This document shows, in pieces, positions 13,231 to 26,607 of a stretch of 64,000 bases of DNA (positions within the stretch are counted from its first letter, which is position 1; every line of letters starts with the position of its first letter). The DNA is from Octopus vulgaris. Taxonomy: Eukaryota. The stretch covers positions 33,604,001 through 33,668,000 of the forward strand of contig OX597831.1 in assembly GCA_951406725.2 (NCBI GenBank), written 5' to 3'. Position numbers and translations under genes: made by a program. A model generated the notes under the pieces. The model was given only the letters and a program-made list of their open reading frames with translations. It was not told the origin of the DNA and searched no databases.

Positions 13231-14437
13231 GGATTGGACAAAATAATGGAAACACCTAGCATCCTAGCATCATAATTTTGAAATATCTATAAAACCGCCA
13301 AAAGCTTGTTTATTTTTTTTAAAGTTTTTTTGATATATTATTAGTGTTGCTTAAGATCTTTTGCTAAAATTTCTGTTTCTTTTCAGATATCGTCTGAAAA
13401 AGCCGGTCAAATTGTTGGTGTTCGTATGGCAGGCGCTAGCGTAACGAAAACAGCCGAAATGCTTGGTGTATGAAGAAGTACTGCCTCGAAAGTAAAGACA
13501 TCCTTTGAGAAAGAGGGAAAAACCTGTTCGTCGAGACAAAATTCTGGAAGAAAGCCGAAACTTTCAGATAGGGGCCGTCGGACTCTTACGCGAATTGTTA
13601 GAAAGGATCACAAAAGTACTGCTTCCAAAATTACTGCAGAGCTTAATGACAACCTCGAGAACCCAGTTTCCACAAAAACTGTTCGCTGGGAGCTGCAGAA
13701 GCCGGATTTTACGTGAGGGCTGCAATCAGAAAACCACTACTTTCAAAATCAAATGCTGCAAAGCGTTTAGAGTGGAGTAAATATCTACAGAATTGCTCCC
13801 TAGAGCAGTGGAAGAATATTATTTTCTCGGACGAGTCATCGACCACCGGCAGAGTATAAGTGTGGAGACAGCCAAAAGAAGAATTTGACCCAAACTGCCT
13901 TCTTCCAACTATTTAACATGAAGGAAGGTCTGTGATGATCTGGGGTGGGGGGGGGGGGGGCAATATCATGGAAATCAGCCGGCCCAATAGTTTCCCTTCA
14001 TGGCAGAATTACTAGTCAAGACTATTTAAGCATTTTATCTGATCAAATTCATGCTATGGCTGCGGAACTGTTTCCTGAGGGAAAAGCAATCTTTCAGGAT
14101 GATAATACACCAATCCACACAGCTAAAGTTGTTACTGAATGGCACGAGGAACATTCTAGTGAAATTCAACATCTTATCTGGCCACCACAGTCCCCAGATC
14201 TCAATATTACTGAACATTTATGGTGCATTTTAGAAAAACAAGTAAGGAGTTGATATCCTCTACCATCATCACTACAGTAACTGGACAAAAATTCCTTTGG
14301 AAACAATTCAAACTTTGTACACATCCATACCTCGTAGAATTCAAGCTGTAATTAAAGCCAAAGGTTGTCCTACCCCATATTAAAAAATAAATTTGTTTGA
14401 AATTATAAGGTGTTTCCATTGGTTTGTCCAACCCCTG
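13228..14437 (+). mobile_element. Tc1-like DNA transposon (DD36E), defective
   Basis: TIRs CAGGGATTGGACAAAATAATGGAAACACCT / AGGTGTTTCCATTGGTTTGTCCAACCCCTG with TA flanks. Motifs IFSDES, FQDDNTPIH, WPPQSPDLNITEHLW. Stops and frameshifts present. Confidence 0.93.
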
Positions 14438-14606
14438 TATGTATATATATATATATATATATATATGTAAAAGTAAAAAAATATACAAACTGGGACAAGA
14501 ACGTGAAACATTTAGAAGACGACACAAAAAACACGGACGGGACATTCGAAGCCCTCAATCATCAGTCAAGAACGGGATCATCTTTGCAATTTCGGCTGAT
14601 TAATCT

Positions 14607-14664
<58 letters not shown>

Positions 14665-15183
14665 GTATATGTATGTATATTTACATACATACATAGATGC
14701 ATATATGATATATATATATATATATATATGGTTATATATATGTGTGTGTATGCGTGTGTATGTGTGTGTTTGCCACCACCACTTGACAACAGGTATTGGC
14801 AGGATGGTCATTCGCCCACTGACATTCGTTGACGCTGTATCGAAGAAACCAAAGACAAACTGAGAAAGAAAAAAACGCATTCAACACCAGAGCGGAAGAC
14901 TATAAAGGAGCTGTTGACGTTTAGTTCACTGGCGATCTAAACGAATAGGTACGCTGAGGAAGTGCTGTAACTCGTCATCCGTAAGGTTCCAAATTCGCAG
15001 CTGAGGCTGGAGCTAGGGATCCCTATTAGTCTTCCGAGTAAGCAGATATATATTGATTAGAAGAAAAAAGACAACAAAAACCAAAGCAGGAAGAATATCT
15101 CAAGTAATTTAGAATACTGAATTTAGTGTCTTACAGCTATTTCTGGTGTATTCCATGTTATAGACTAGTCTGTTCGTACATGC

Positions 15184-15234
<51 letters not shown>

Positions 15235-15584
15235 TATATATCACAACACACCACCCACAGCACACCACCCACACACCCATCCCCACATCTTTACACCTAC
15301 ACATACATACACATATCATATCACAACGCACCACCCACACACACATCCCCATATCTCCACACCCACACATACATACACACGTCCAGACCACCAGCTCTCT
15401 TTCACACGCACATACATACTCTCTTATACACACACGCACCTTCGTGTTGGGGCCACCTTCGTTTTGGTAGTCACTTGACCCTGTTATCTCCCCTACTATC
15501 CCTCTAGCGTCTAACGTCTGACCTCTGACCTCTGACTTCTGCCTGAAGTCAGAACGCCATGATAGACCGTTAGCACCTACACGC

Positions 15585-15908
<324 letters not shown>

Positions 15909-16560
15909 GTATATACTAGACTACCTATGACCTTTTGCGTCGCCAATAATTCAAGGTACCGGGAAAGTCTATGTTTCCTAGCAACGGAGTTTTGTTCAGT
16001 GTTTTTTTTCTTTTCCGGGTTATTTCGCTTGATTTCAACAAATGTGACATCGAAATCACACGTAAACGGCTCCTTTCCCAAGAAAATAAAATATTTGGCT
16101 ACTATTTCTTCCACACCCTACTACCACGTAACAGGTATTTCGGGTCTTTTATCGCAAGTAGCTGTTATGTGGTAGCAGGGCTTACTAGAAATAGCAGCCA
16201 AATCTTTGGAGGTGAGATACGTTGAATGCACTCGAAAGAAACCCATGAAAAAACTATTTCTCACCGAGAAATATTCATCGTAGCTTTAAAGTAATTTTCA
16301 CTTAAAGATATTTTGCCCATCATAAGATGTCTAAAGTCTTTGGGCACAGTATCAGAAGGCATCAAAAGGAATATCCAGGAAATTGGAATAGTGCTCAGTA
16401 GAACTGTTACAAAAGGTTTGCCTCCTTGGCACGGCCAGAATAAACAGGAAAGTATTAGATAGCTGAAAAGAACGCATAACATGGTACCTTAGGCTGCAGG
16501 TAGCAAGCCCGCGACGCATGCAAGACTCCAGGAATTCCAACAAAATCTGTGTTGAAAGAA

Positions 16561-16623
<63 letters not shown>

Positions 16624-16649
16624 TTATAATAATTATAATAATAATAATT

Positions 16650-16712
<63 letters not shown>

Positions 16713-16713
<1 letters not shown>

Positions 16714-17245
16714 GGCAAGACGAAGACCGCGTTTCGATTGTAATACATATTTTGTTGGTTGAACGATATTCTGACAGTAAGTCTGTCTTTGTCAAGTTCA
16801 AAATAAGAAGTGATAAAAATTCAAAATTATAGAAATTCAAATTTAAAGTATGAACGAGAGCAACCAGCGTCCACACGCTGATGGAACGGCATTATCAGAT
16901 TTTAAGTTTCAATTTTATAACAGGCGAAAATAAAATGACAGAAAAGAACAGAAAAAAGAAAAGACAGACAAAAAGACAGAAAAAAGAAAAGGAAAAAGAA
17001 GAATAGTTAATCAAACAGTTTTGTATAAATTTGATGATATTCTCCTGTCATTTTATTCACTACTTCAGGGCGTGGTGTTAATAACCCGCAAACATATTTC
17101 TCCTCATACATTCTGAGAAGTGAAAGTGAAGTAGATTCAGAATATTTTTTGAGAATATACACTTTCAAGTCTTTTTCAAAATTGCGCCCGTCTGAATCGA
17201 AATGTTCAGCAAGTTCTGTAGAACTACTGTTATTGTGCCTGACGT
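16713..17245 (-). mobile_element. Penelope-like element 3' part: GIY-YIG C-terminal half, 3' UTR and hammerhead-like motif
   Basis: Translation VRHNNSSSTELAEHFDSDGRNFEKDLKVYILKK...YEEKYVCGLLTPRPEVVNK...LFD*. Ends at (TAA)n. Confidence 0.75.
16759..16801 (-). ncRNA. Minimal hammerhead fold, U3-A8 variant, 3' core damaged
   Basis: TTGAAC|TTGACAA|A|GACAG-ACTTA-CTGTC|AGAA|TA|T|C|GTTCAA. Perfect 6-bp stem I and 5-bp stem II, but AGAA in place of GAAA. Confidence 0.55.
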
Positions 17246-18011
17246 ATTTTCTATGCCTATTAAATTCTCTTACATTCTTATTCCGTGTATAAGACGGAAT
17301 AAGAATATAAGAGAATTATTAACCTCTATTTCTGACTCCAAGAACACGAACATTGGAGTATCTGCATTCTATATGGCTCAGAAACCTGGACGTTATCAAA
17401 GAAGCTTGAGAGGCGGATGGATGGAACCTACACTCGCCTCCTTATGAGAGCTCAAAATCTCTCGTGGAAGCGCCATCCAACCAAAATGCAAATATATGGG
17501 AAACTACCACCTGTGTCATCTCTTGTGAAAGGTAAGAGAGTCCAGTTTGCTGGACATTGTTGTAGAGCTGAAAAAGAGGTAATTTCTACTCTTCTCCTCT
17601 GGAAGCCATCTACTCGGAATACCAGAGGGCGCACACTCTCCTACCCTGATGTAATCTCCAGGGATACAGGCATCCAGCAATAGGACCTCCGTAATGCCAT
17701 GATGGACCGTGAAGTCTGGCGTAGCATGGTAAATTCCATTGTCTCGACCACGGTCGAACAATGATGATGATGATTCTGTACCTTGAAAAAACACCCGCAA
17801 GAGAAGTAAGCCTTGTTCATTATTTAGCAGCGTGAGTCAAGTGAATTCCATAAGGAATCATAAATCTGTTATGATTTATGCAGAATGTGAGACATACAGA
17901 GATTCCCATTTGGTGTACGCAGCAGAATGCACAAAACACAATTTGATTTATGTTGGTTGTACAACAGAACAATTAAACAAAACATTTAATGGACACAGAA
18001 CTGACGTCAGG
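17246..18011 (+). mobile_element. Inverted 5' segment of the same PLE (linker, Zn-finger region, GIY-YIG N-terminal half), interrupted by an RTE
   Basis: IRRNKNIRELL, then KPCSL, then HLVYAAECTKHNLIYVGCTTEQLNKTFNGHRTDVR. Confidence 0.75.
17371..17772 (+). mobile_element. RTE-like LINE, 5'-truncated 3' end
   Basis: YGSETWTLSKKLERRMDGTYTRLL...QFAGHCCR...MDREVWR, (TGA)n tail, candidate TSD ATTCT at 17366-17370 and 17773-17777. Confidence 0.85.
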
Positions 18012-18790
18012 ACGTGAAAGAGAGAAAGAGAAAGAGAGACGGTGAGAGATGTTGGTGGTGCACAACCTTTGTTCACTTTAAACAAGGTTACTGTGTAAGC
18101 CATCATACATTGCTAAGGACCACAAGCGGGTCTTCGGGGCATTGACTGACGAACAGAAAAGTTTAGTTTTATGTACTGGCTAACACTTGGAATTAAGTTA
18201 TATTGAAGATTAGATATATCTGGCAAAATAAGACTGCAAACCTCAGGAGCCAATGACCCCTATTCACTCTGGACAAATATGTTCCAGCAAAATTTACACC
18301 AATATTGTCTTACTTAAGATAATATGTTCCAGTGAATTCTCACCGTTATTGTCTTATTTTCATCAAATATTCTATAGCATTTGATATATTTGTCTGAAGA
18401 AGCCCAATAAATTAAATAAGAAATAATGAAAATAAAAGGAGGAACGTAAATAATGAATAGAATCAAGGTTAGAAGATTAAGTGTCTGTAGGTTCAAGAAG
18501 TTGTACGTGTGAGTTTTTTTTATGTGTGTGTATGTGTAAGTGTGGAAGTGCGCGCGCGTGTGTAGTAACGTGAAATTATTCGTTCGAACTCTCCACTTTT
18601 ATATATTTACACACAGATTCATATGCATACACACTCACACACACACGCCCGCCCACACACTCAAGCACTAACACGTTCACGCACTCATATGCATACACAC
18701 ACAGACACACGCACAAACACGTACACATATAGGCAACTGCATAACCACATGAATGCATAAGTACATATGGTCAAATAGTATTTTAATACG

Positions 18791-18831
<41 letters not shown>

Positions 18832-18912
18832 ATACACATATATATACATACACACACAGACGCACAGACACACAGACACATAGACACACACAGACACACA
18901 CAGACACACACA

Positions 18913-18959
<47 letters not shown>

Positions 18960-18962
18960 GCG

Positions 18963-19323
18963 GAGGCGCAATGGCCCAGTGGTTAGGGCAGAAGACTCGC
19001 GGTTTCGATTCCCAGACCGGACGTTGTGTTTATTGAGCGAAAACACCTAAAAGCTCCTCGATGCTCAGGCAGGGGATGGTGGCGAACCCTGCTGTACTCC
19101 TTCACCACAACCTTCTCTCACTCTTTCTTCTTGTTTCTTTTGTACCTGTCTTTCAAAGGGCTAGCCTTGTCACACTCTGTGTCACGCCGAATCTCCCCGA
19201 GGACTACGTTAAGGGTACACGTGTCTATGGAGTGCTCAACCACATGCACGTTAATTTGACAAGCAGGCTGTTCCGTTGATTGGATCAACTGGAATCCTCA
19301 TCGTCATAACCGAAGGATTGCCA

Positions 19324-19325
<2 letters not shown>
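18963..19325 (+). mobile_element. tRNA-derived SINE family C, long tail type
   Basis: TGGCCCAGTGG A box, GGTTTCGATTCC B box, GAGCGAAAACACCTAAAAGCTCC body. Related copy at 61931-62165. Confidence 0.8.
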
Positions 19326-19365
<40 letters not shown>

Positions 19366-19791
19366 AGAGTTTACGAAAAAAACAAAAGTTGAAGACAGGT
19401 GGTGTACAAAACAAACAGATGTATTAGTATAACGCTCAGGAATAGAAAAAGTCTTTTACATTTCGAGCCTACGCTCTTCTACAGAAACAAGGAGAGAAAA
19501 AAATGTGTGTAGTGGCTAACGGCAGCTGCTATGTACGTATTAATTGCTAGTAGGGACACCATCTTTCTCTTCGCAACCGTAATATACATTCAAGTATATT
19601 ACAGGCTTAGAAGTCAATACTGTGTCCTACCTGTGTTAGCAGTGCGATTCAAACACTTTTTAAAGTTAATTCAACAGATTTACTATAGAAACTAGAGCTG
19701 CCACCGAAAGTTACGATTTTTCGTATATGAATACGTCGATTTTAACAATGCAATCGAAGACTGAAATATAGATGACGGGTGTATATTCATA

Positions 19792-19955
19792 TAGGTGCAG
19801 GAGCAGCTGTGTGGTAAGTAGCTTGCTTACCAACCACATGGTTCCGAGTTCAGTCCCACTGTATGACACCTTTGGCAAGTGTCTTCTACTATAGTCTCGA
19901 GCCGATCAAAGACTTGTGAGTGGATTTGGTAGACGGAAACTGAAAGGACCCCGTC

Positions 19956-20015
<60 letters not shown>

Positions 20016-20256
20016 ATGTATGTGTGTGAGTGTATGTATGTGTGTGAGTGTATGTATGTGTCTGTGTTTGTCCCCCACAATCGTTTGACAACCGCTGCTG
20101 GGGTGTTTATGTCCCCGTAACTTAGCGGTTCGGCAAAAGAGACCGATAGAATAAGTACTAGGCTTACAAAGAATAAGTCCTGGGGTAGACTTGTTCGAGT
20201 AAAGGTGGTGCTCCAGCATGGCCGCAGTCAAATGACCGAAACATATAAAAGAAAAA
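19792..20256 (+). mobile_element. tRNA-derived SINE family B with internal microsatellite
   Basis: Head ...GAGTTCAGTCCCACTG, CACCTTTGGCAAGTGTCTT core, internal (TA)/(TG) tract, tail GCTCCAGCATGGCCGCAGTCAAATGAC. Confidence 0.88.
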
Positions 20257-20870
20257 GAATACACACATCTCCTTCTGCAGCTCCGACCCTCCGGCCGATA
20301 ACTGATGAGCACTTGGTGACCTTCTGTGTCTGTTTTCCGTTTGTTTGTGCATTTATGCTTTTTTTTACCTTTATATATATATACATATATATAAGCCAGC
20401 CATTTTCATAGATATGTAAAGATAAACATTCGTACATGCTACGACGAATTCTACGGTTGGCTATCGAGCTTGTAATGTTATGTTTTTCTCTTATATTTCT
20501 TGAGTTTGTTGCACTTATGAACATGAAATGCATATTCTGCATTAAATGCGAAATCACATGTGATATGTAACTGAATTCTTTTTTAAAATGATGTGTTTTG
20601 AAGTTTTGCATTCGGTAAAATTTTGTTTATTTTTAGTAGTTTTGACCGCATTGGTCCCTCTTAGCGTGTTGGTATCTACGAATAGTAGTACCCTCAATAT
20701 AATATAAATGAACATATATATATATATATATATGTATATACTTCTTACCCAAAAATGTTAGTAATATCCTGATAAAAGATTTTATCACAATTTTTTAAAA
20801 AAAGAAAGTTTTTTTAAAAAGTCACCTTTACGCTTCAAAATCTGTATTAAGTAATTCTCATACACTTTCA

Positions 20871-20900
<30 letters not shown>

Positions 20901-20902
<2 letters not shown>

Positions 20903-21227
20903 TAATTGTTATCGCCATATTAATATGGCAGTCTTATAGATATAAGACTAAAAGCTGTCGCTGATTAGCTTCATGAGGCCATCGCCTTAAGATAGCTATT
21001 TGACACACAAACTGTCACAAACAAGAGAGGTCAGCCGCTTCACACTGCTAGTCAGACAGCTACAGAAACGTTTCAGGGTATCTTGAGGCGATGGCCTCAT
21101 GGAGCTAATCAGCGACAGCTTTTAGTCTTATATCTATAAGACTGCCATATTAATATGGCGATAACAATTAATTTCCAGTAACGCTGCCGTAATTTCTTTT
21201 AAAGAGACTTAGTAATTTTAATATTTC

Positions 21228-21230
<3 letters not shown>
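20901..21230. repeat. Asymmetric foldback element (94-bp arms) between (TA)n tracts
   Basis: 20901-20994 is the reverse complement of 21079-21172 with about 2 mismatches. Confidence 0.88.
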
Positions 21231-21273
<43 letters not shown>

Positions 21274-21303
21274 ATACGTACGTCAAGACGTATACATACA
21301 TAC

Positions 21304-21337
<34 letters not shown>

Positions 21338-21367
21338 GTATGTATGTATACATCACTACGTGCGTAT

Positions 21368-21424
<57 letters not shown>

Positions 21425-21767
21425 TTTGAGTGGAGAGAGAGAGCGAGAGAGAGAGAGAGAGAGAGAATGTGTGTGTGTGTATGTGTAGGTGTCTAGATAT
21501 ATGTGTACACATACAAATATGTATGCTTAAACCCACACATATACTTTAGCATTCTTACTAAAATATAATCTAGCTGTCTCTCTATGTACGTATTTATGTA
21601 CGCATGTACGTATGTACGTATGTATGTATGTATGTATGTATGTATGTATGTATGTATGTATGTATGTATGTATGTATGTATGTACGTACGTATGTATGTA
21701 TGTATGTATGTATGTATGGATGGATGGATGGATGTATGCATGTATGTATGTATCTATCTATCCAGTC

Positions 21768-21906
<139 letters not shown>

Positions 21907-21961
21907 AATCTATCTATCTATCTATCTACCTACGTACTTACCGATATGCACATATATTGAT

Positions 21962-22080
21962 GTAACCACATGGTTTCGGGTTCAGTCCCACTGCGTGGCA
22001 CCTTGGGCAAGTGTCTTCTACTTTGGGTCGACCAAAGCCTTGTGAGTGGATTTGGTAGACGGAAACTGAAAGAAGCCCGT

Positions 22081-22131
<51 letters not shown>

Positions 22132-22432
22132 TTGTGTGTGTGTATGTGTGTGTGTATGTTTGTGTGTCTGTTTGTCCCCCAACATCGCTTGACAACCGAT
22201 GCTGGTTTGTTTACGTCCCCGTAAATTAGCGTTTCGGCAAAGGATCCCGATAGAATAAGTACAAGGCTTACAAAGAAAAAGTCCTGGGGTCGATTTGCTC
22301 GACTAAAGGCGGTGCTCCAGCATGGTCACAGTCAAATGATTGAAACAAATAAAAGAGAGTAAAAACGAGAATATGGTGGTGCTCCAGCCTGGCCGCTGTC
22401 AAATGACTGAAACAAGTAAACGAATAAAAGAA
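21962..22432 (+). mobile_element. SINE B, 5'-truncated, with duplicated tail
   Basis: Family B body. The GGTGCTCCAGC...GTCAAATGA tail occurs twice (about 22311 and 22378). Confidence 0.85.
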
Positions 22433-22817
22433 TATAGCTACATACATACTGTGATATATATATGCATTATATGTATACATACATACATACATATACATAC
22501 ACACATACATAGACACACACACACACACATACATGCATATACACGCAGAGGTGTCGATAGAATCCGAATAAAGAATGGATATAATTGTCTGTTTCACCAA
22601 TCCGACGATGTCTCTTATTATTTGTATTGTAATCACTGGAACAATTTTGTCGAGGAAACCTTTCTAATGTCTCATATATTAATGAATTAACAATCGTACT
22701 TACTTTCCGAAATAACTTAAATCATTCACAAGAAATGGACTCTTTCAATATTTTTTCTCTTTAATCATGAAAACGATGGGTGGTAGTCTAACTAGCATGT
22801 TGTTGTTGCTGTTTGCT

Positions 22818-23112
22818 CCTTCTTGTGCCATGCCTGACTCATAAGGGCCGGTTTCCTGGTTTCATTGGCGTATAGTTTCCCCACCTGGACAGGACGCCAG
22901 TCCGTCACAGCTGAGCTGCTTGATGCAGGAGGAAAGAGTGAGAGAAAGTTGTGGTAAAACAGTCAGCAGGAGTTTGCCATTACCTTCTGTCGGAGCCGCG
23001 TGGAGCTTAAGTGTTTCGCTCATAAACACACACATCACCCGGGTCTGAGATTCAAACCCACGATCCCTCGACCACGAGTCCGCTGATTTAACCACTAGGC
23101 CATTTGCCTCCA
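22818..23112 (-). mobile_element. SINE family C, short tail type
   Basis: Minus-strand TGGCCTAGTGGTTAA head and tail GGAAACCGGCCCTTATGAGTCAGGCATGG followed by (CAA)n. Confidence 0.82.
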
Positions 23113-23129
23113 CGACACTAGTAAATGAC

Positions 23130-23765
23130 TGGTTTCCTAAGAAACGGACTGCATACAAATTCCTACAGTAAATGGGTTACACAAAGACCATAAACCCTAC
23201 GTAAACCCTGTTATGGGGTCCCCAACCCGACCAGTTTGCGGAGCGAATATCTCCAGCAATTATAGACTGTCCTACTTCCTCTCACAGGTATTAGGACCTC
23301 TCATAGAAATGTCCCCAGATGTCTGTGTGAGCACGGAAGGTCTCAGTAAAATCAGTACTTGCAACGACTCCAATGACCTAGCATGGATATAATTTCACTC
23401 TACCCATCTATAGACATAGATTTTGCTGTGGAGAAATGCATAGAGATAATCTGTGAGAGTGAAGTAGAGTTCCGTGAAGTCAACACGAGAGAACTGGGCC
23501 TCCTCCTTAGATGAAGCTACGACAGTGGCTATTTAAACGACTATGGCCTCAGTAGATTCTGCCCCACCAGGTCACAGAGGGGAACACCACCCACCATCAC
23601 CTCAGCAGTGAAGAAAAGCACTGCAGAGAGCTGGAGTGGCAGGACCGCACCCACCCAAAACCCTGCGAGCAACAATCAGGTGAAAGGAATGATTGTACAT
23701 GCAATAGGGAGTAGCGTAAGAACCACTTTGAAGAACCATAATAAAGTTTAACAAAAAACTATACA
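23130..23765 (+). mobile_element. Penelope-like RT N-terminal relic with a long insertion after motif A
   Basis: GLHKDHKP...PTRPVCGANISSNYRLSYFLS.../SMDIISLYPSIDIDF...ELGLLL...CPTR..RGTPPTIT...LKNH/IKFNKKLY. Two frameshifts and one stop. Confidence 0.8.
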
Positions 23766-24389
23766 TGCTGGTTCAAGGTGCAGCCATTGTTTTGTATCCT
23801 GGTTTCGAATCCCGTCGTTAGCGATTATGTTTTCTTTTGTTCATCGTCGATGAAATACTGAGCGTTGAAGAATGGGCGCATGCAACGCAGTGTAGTAAAG
23901 CTATCAGTTATGGAACGATATGGTTGCTGGTTCTACGATGATGTACATACGAACGTTTCAAAGGGCAATACAAATATGCAAGAAGTAATAATAATAATTA
24001 TAATTAAAGTTATGTACTGTCATTCTCGTCAGTGTGAAGAATTTAAGGAAAAAAACACCCCCAAAAAGTTATTAAAAATCAAGAAGGCAAAACAAATGGA
24101 GTAATAGGGAAAATTTAACCGTATATTTAGAAATAAGTTGTAAAAGGGAAAAAATTTAAGAGAAACGAAAGTTAGGGACATGTCAATGTGTATGCAAGTC
24201 TATTTATGCCAAAAAATCTATAAATTAAATTGGCTAACGGATATATTTAAAAAGATAAATAATAAAAGAGCGAGACAAAACAGAATGTAAATAGAAAATC
24301 AAACACACGTGTCTAGCATACACAAACATCACGTTCTCTAACAGAAAAAAAAATTATAGGGACCTACACGTATATATAGTCAGTTTGAA

Positions 24390-24451
<62 letters not shown>

Positions 24452-24483
24452 TGTGTGTGTGTGTGTGTATGTGTGTGTGTGTG

Positions 24484-24529
<46 letters not shown>

Positions 24530-24535
<6 letters not shown>

Positions 24536-24731
24536 TATCAATAATATAGGGTGAAATTAATTAATTTAGAAATAATCATCAATTTCACCAAGTAGAGTTC
24601 GGCATGTAAAAGTGCCATTCAAGGAAGGTTTAAGTAATACTAATTAATTAAGGGTTCAGCAACGATTTGCCTCACCACACACCGAATTTAGAAATAGCAG
24701 TCAAGAAGTTGCTGAACCCTTAATTAATTAG

Positions 24732-24733
<2 letters not shown>
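24530..24733. repeat. Asymmetric foldback element in (TA)n; second copy at 42539-43026
   Basis: Perfect 26-bp arms 24638-24663 / 24708-24733. The body recurs in the opposite orientation at about 42.5-43.0 kb. Confidence 0.8.
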
Positions 24734-24763
<30 letters not shown>

Positions 24764-25689
24764 TATATGAAGAATACATATGTATATATGTATATACACA
24801 TATAAATACGTATTTACATACTTACGTGCATATACATACATGCATATATATATATATATATATATAAATATACGTACATATTTGCATATACATATGTATA
24901 ATACAGCTTTATCACAATCATCCTAACAAACATTTACCATGACATTCACCAGAGTTTCGTGTAAACGTGATCTTCTACACTCACTCTATCAAGACGACAT
25001 CGCCTGTACGGGTGCACGGCGTGTCACACTTCAGACGCCAAAGTTTATTGCAGAGCAGCGTGAGATGAAGTTTCTGTTTGCTCAAGAACAAAACGTGACA
25101 TCCGATCCTGGACTCGAAACCACTAACTTGCGATCATGAATGCAACAACCTAACCATAGGCTACTTATTCCACTCTCACCCTCTCTCCCACCCTCTTTCT
25201 CTCTCTCTCTGACTTCATGTCTATTTCTCTCTCTCTCTTTCCACACACACACATAAACATACACACACCAACTCCCATATTCTCTTATTTATGTGTGCGT
25301 TATGTGTGTTATGTATACGTCATCACATGCATGTAATATTGCATAAAAGATTTTCGATGTTAATTGCTATTCTCACACAAAACCCATTCTTTGCTTTTCT
25401 TTTGCTCGTTTCTTCCTCATTTCATATCCATATTTTAAATATCCATACATTAAATATGTACAATACATAAAACAACCGGAGGAGGTCTGAAAAAAGATGC
25501 TTTTCTCGCTAGCGAGCACATGATAATAGCAACTAATTTTGTAATTTGTATGAAGTAAATGGATTCTTTTCTGTCGCTAGCAACGACGAATATTCCAGTT
25601 GCTCGATCAGCCAAACTACAAATTCGAAGAAGAGAAAAGTCAACTGCTTACTAAATCTTTCTTCGGTGTCTTCAAGTCTGATGGTAAAA

Positions 25690-26170
25690 TATGGAGAAAG
25701 CTTTCCTCGGACTAGACTCTTAGTCCAGTTCTGGGCAACGTAATGGTCTGAGCACACAAAAGCTCAAATGAGTCTAATAGTGGAGCAGTGCTCTCATATC
25801 TTGGACGGTGCCGCACTGACATCTCAGGTGACATCCAAAGAAAGGGCACTCGGATGATTCGCACTCTGTCACTAACATACACGTTTTAGCCTCTAGTCCC
25901 CTGGCACGCTGTCTCCTCCATCATTTCTATCCGCTACTATTATGACTTCTGTTTCTCGGCACTGATCGGTTTCGAACCTCCATCACTCACAAGCCTACGT
26001 TCCACTTCTCTCTCTCTCTCCATCACTCGGCACAGTTGGTAGTTCAACCTCCTTTACAGCGCATTCCTTTTCTCCGGAACATCAGTTCCTGCTGGAACCT
26101 CCTTCCTGCTCACGTCTTTTGCAGGTGTTGACTTGCGACATTTTAAATGGAGCATAAATGGCACTTTTAT
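25690..26170 (+). mobile_element. CR1-like LINE 3' relic
   Basis: Degenerate KAQMSLIVEQCSHILDGA...IQRKGTRMI...RYYYDFC...SFSPE/WNLLPAHVF...DLRHFKWSIN, resembling CR1-clade ORF2 C-termini. Confidence 0.65.
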
Positions 26171-26607
26171 TTCTATTGTTCTGGAGAGTGTGAGGTGGGG
26201 ACCCGCAAATGTCATGAAATCTGCCACACCCTACAGACTCAGCAAGTAAAAAAGTAAAAGAAAACAAGCGTTTGCTCGCATGTGTATATGTATGTAATAA
26301 GGACGCATAGCTTAGGGGCTGAGTTGCTGCATTCACAATAGCGAGATCGCAGTTTCAATTCCGGGACCGAGTGGTACGTTGTGTTCTTGAGCAAGACACT
26401 TCATCTCGAGTTTCTCTGCAACCACTTTGACCCATAACGCATGGCACAAGGTGCACCTGTTCAGGTAATTTTGGTTTGATAGGGGAAATGAACTGCGAAA
26501 AGTTGCAGGACCATCTTTTTCAAACTACTAGACACTATCATCATGTATGTATGTATGTATGTATGTATGTATGTATGTATGTGTGGGTCTGTGTATTTAT
26601 GTATATA

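Noticed and set aside
18963-19030. tRNA genes at SINE heads (also 38469, 61931, 29907)
   Set aside because: A and B boxes are present but there is no complete cloverleaf, and most heads continue into repeated SINE bodies.
23512-23514. In-frame TGA in the PLE RT as selenocysteine recoding
   Set aside because: The copy also has frameshifts, the position looks hydrophobic rather than Cys-like, and no SECIS is evident.
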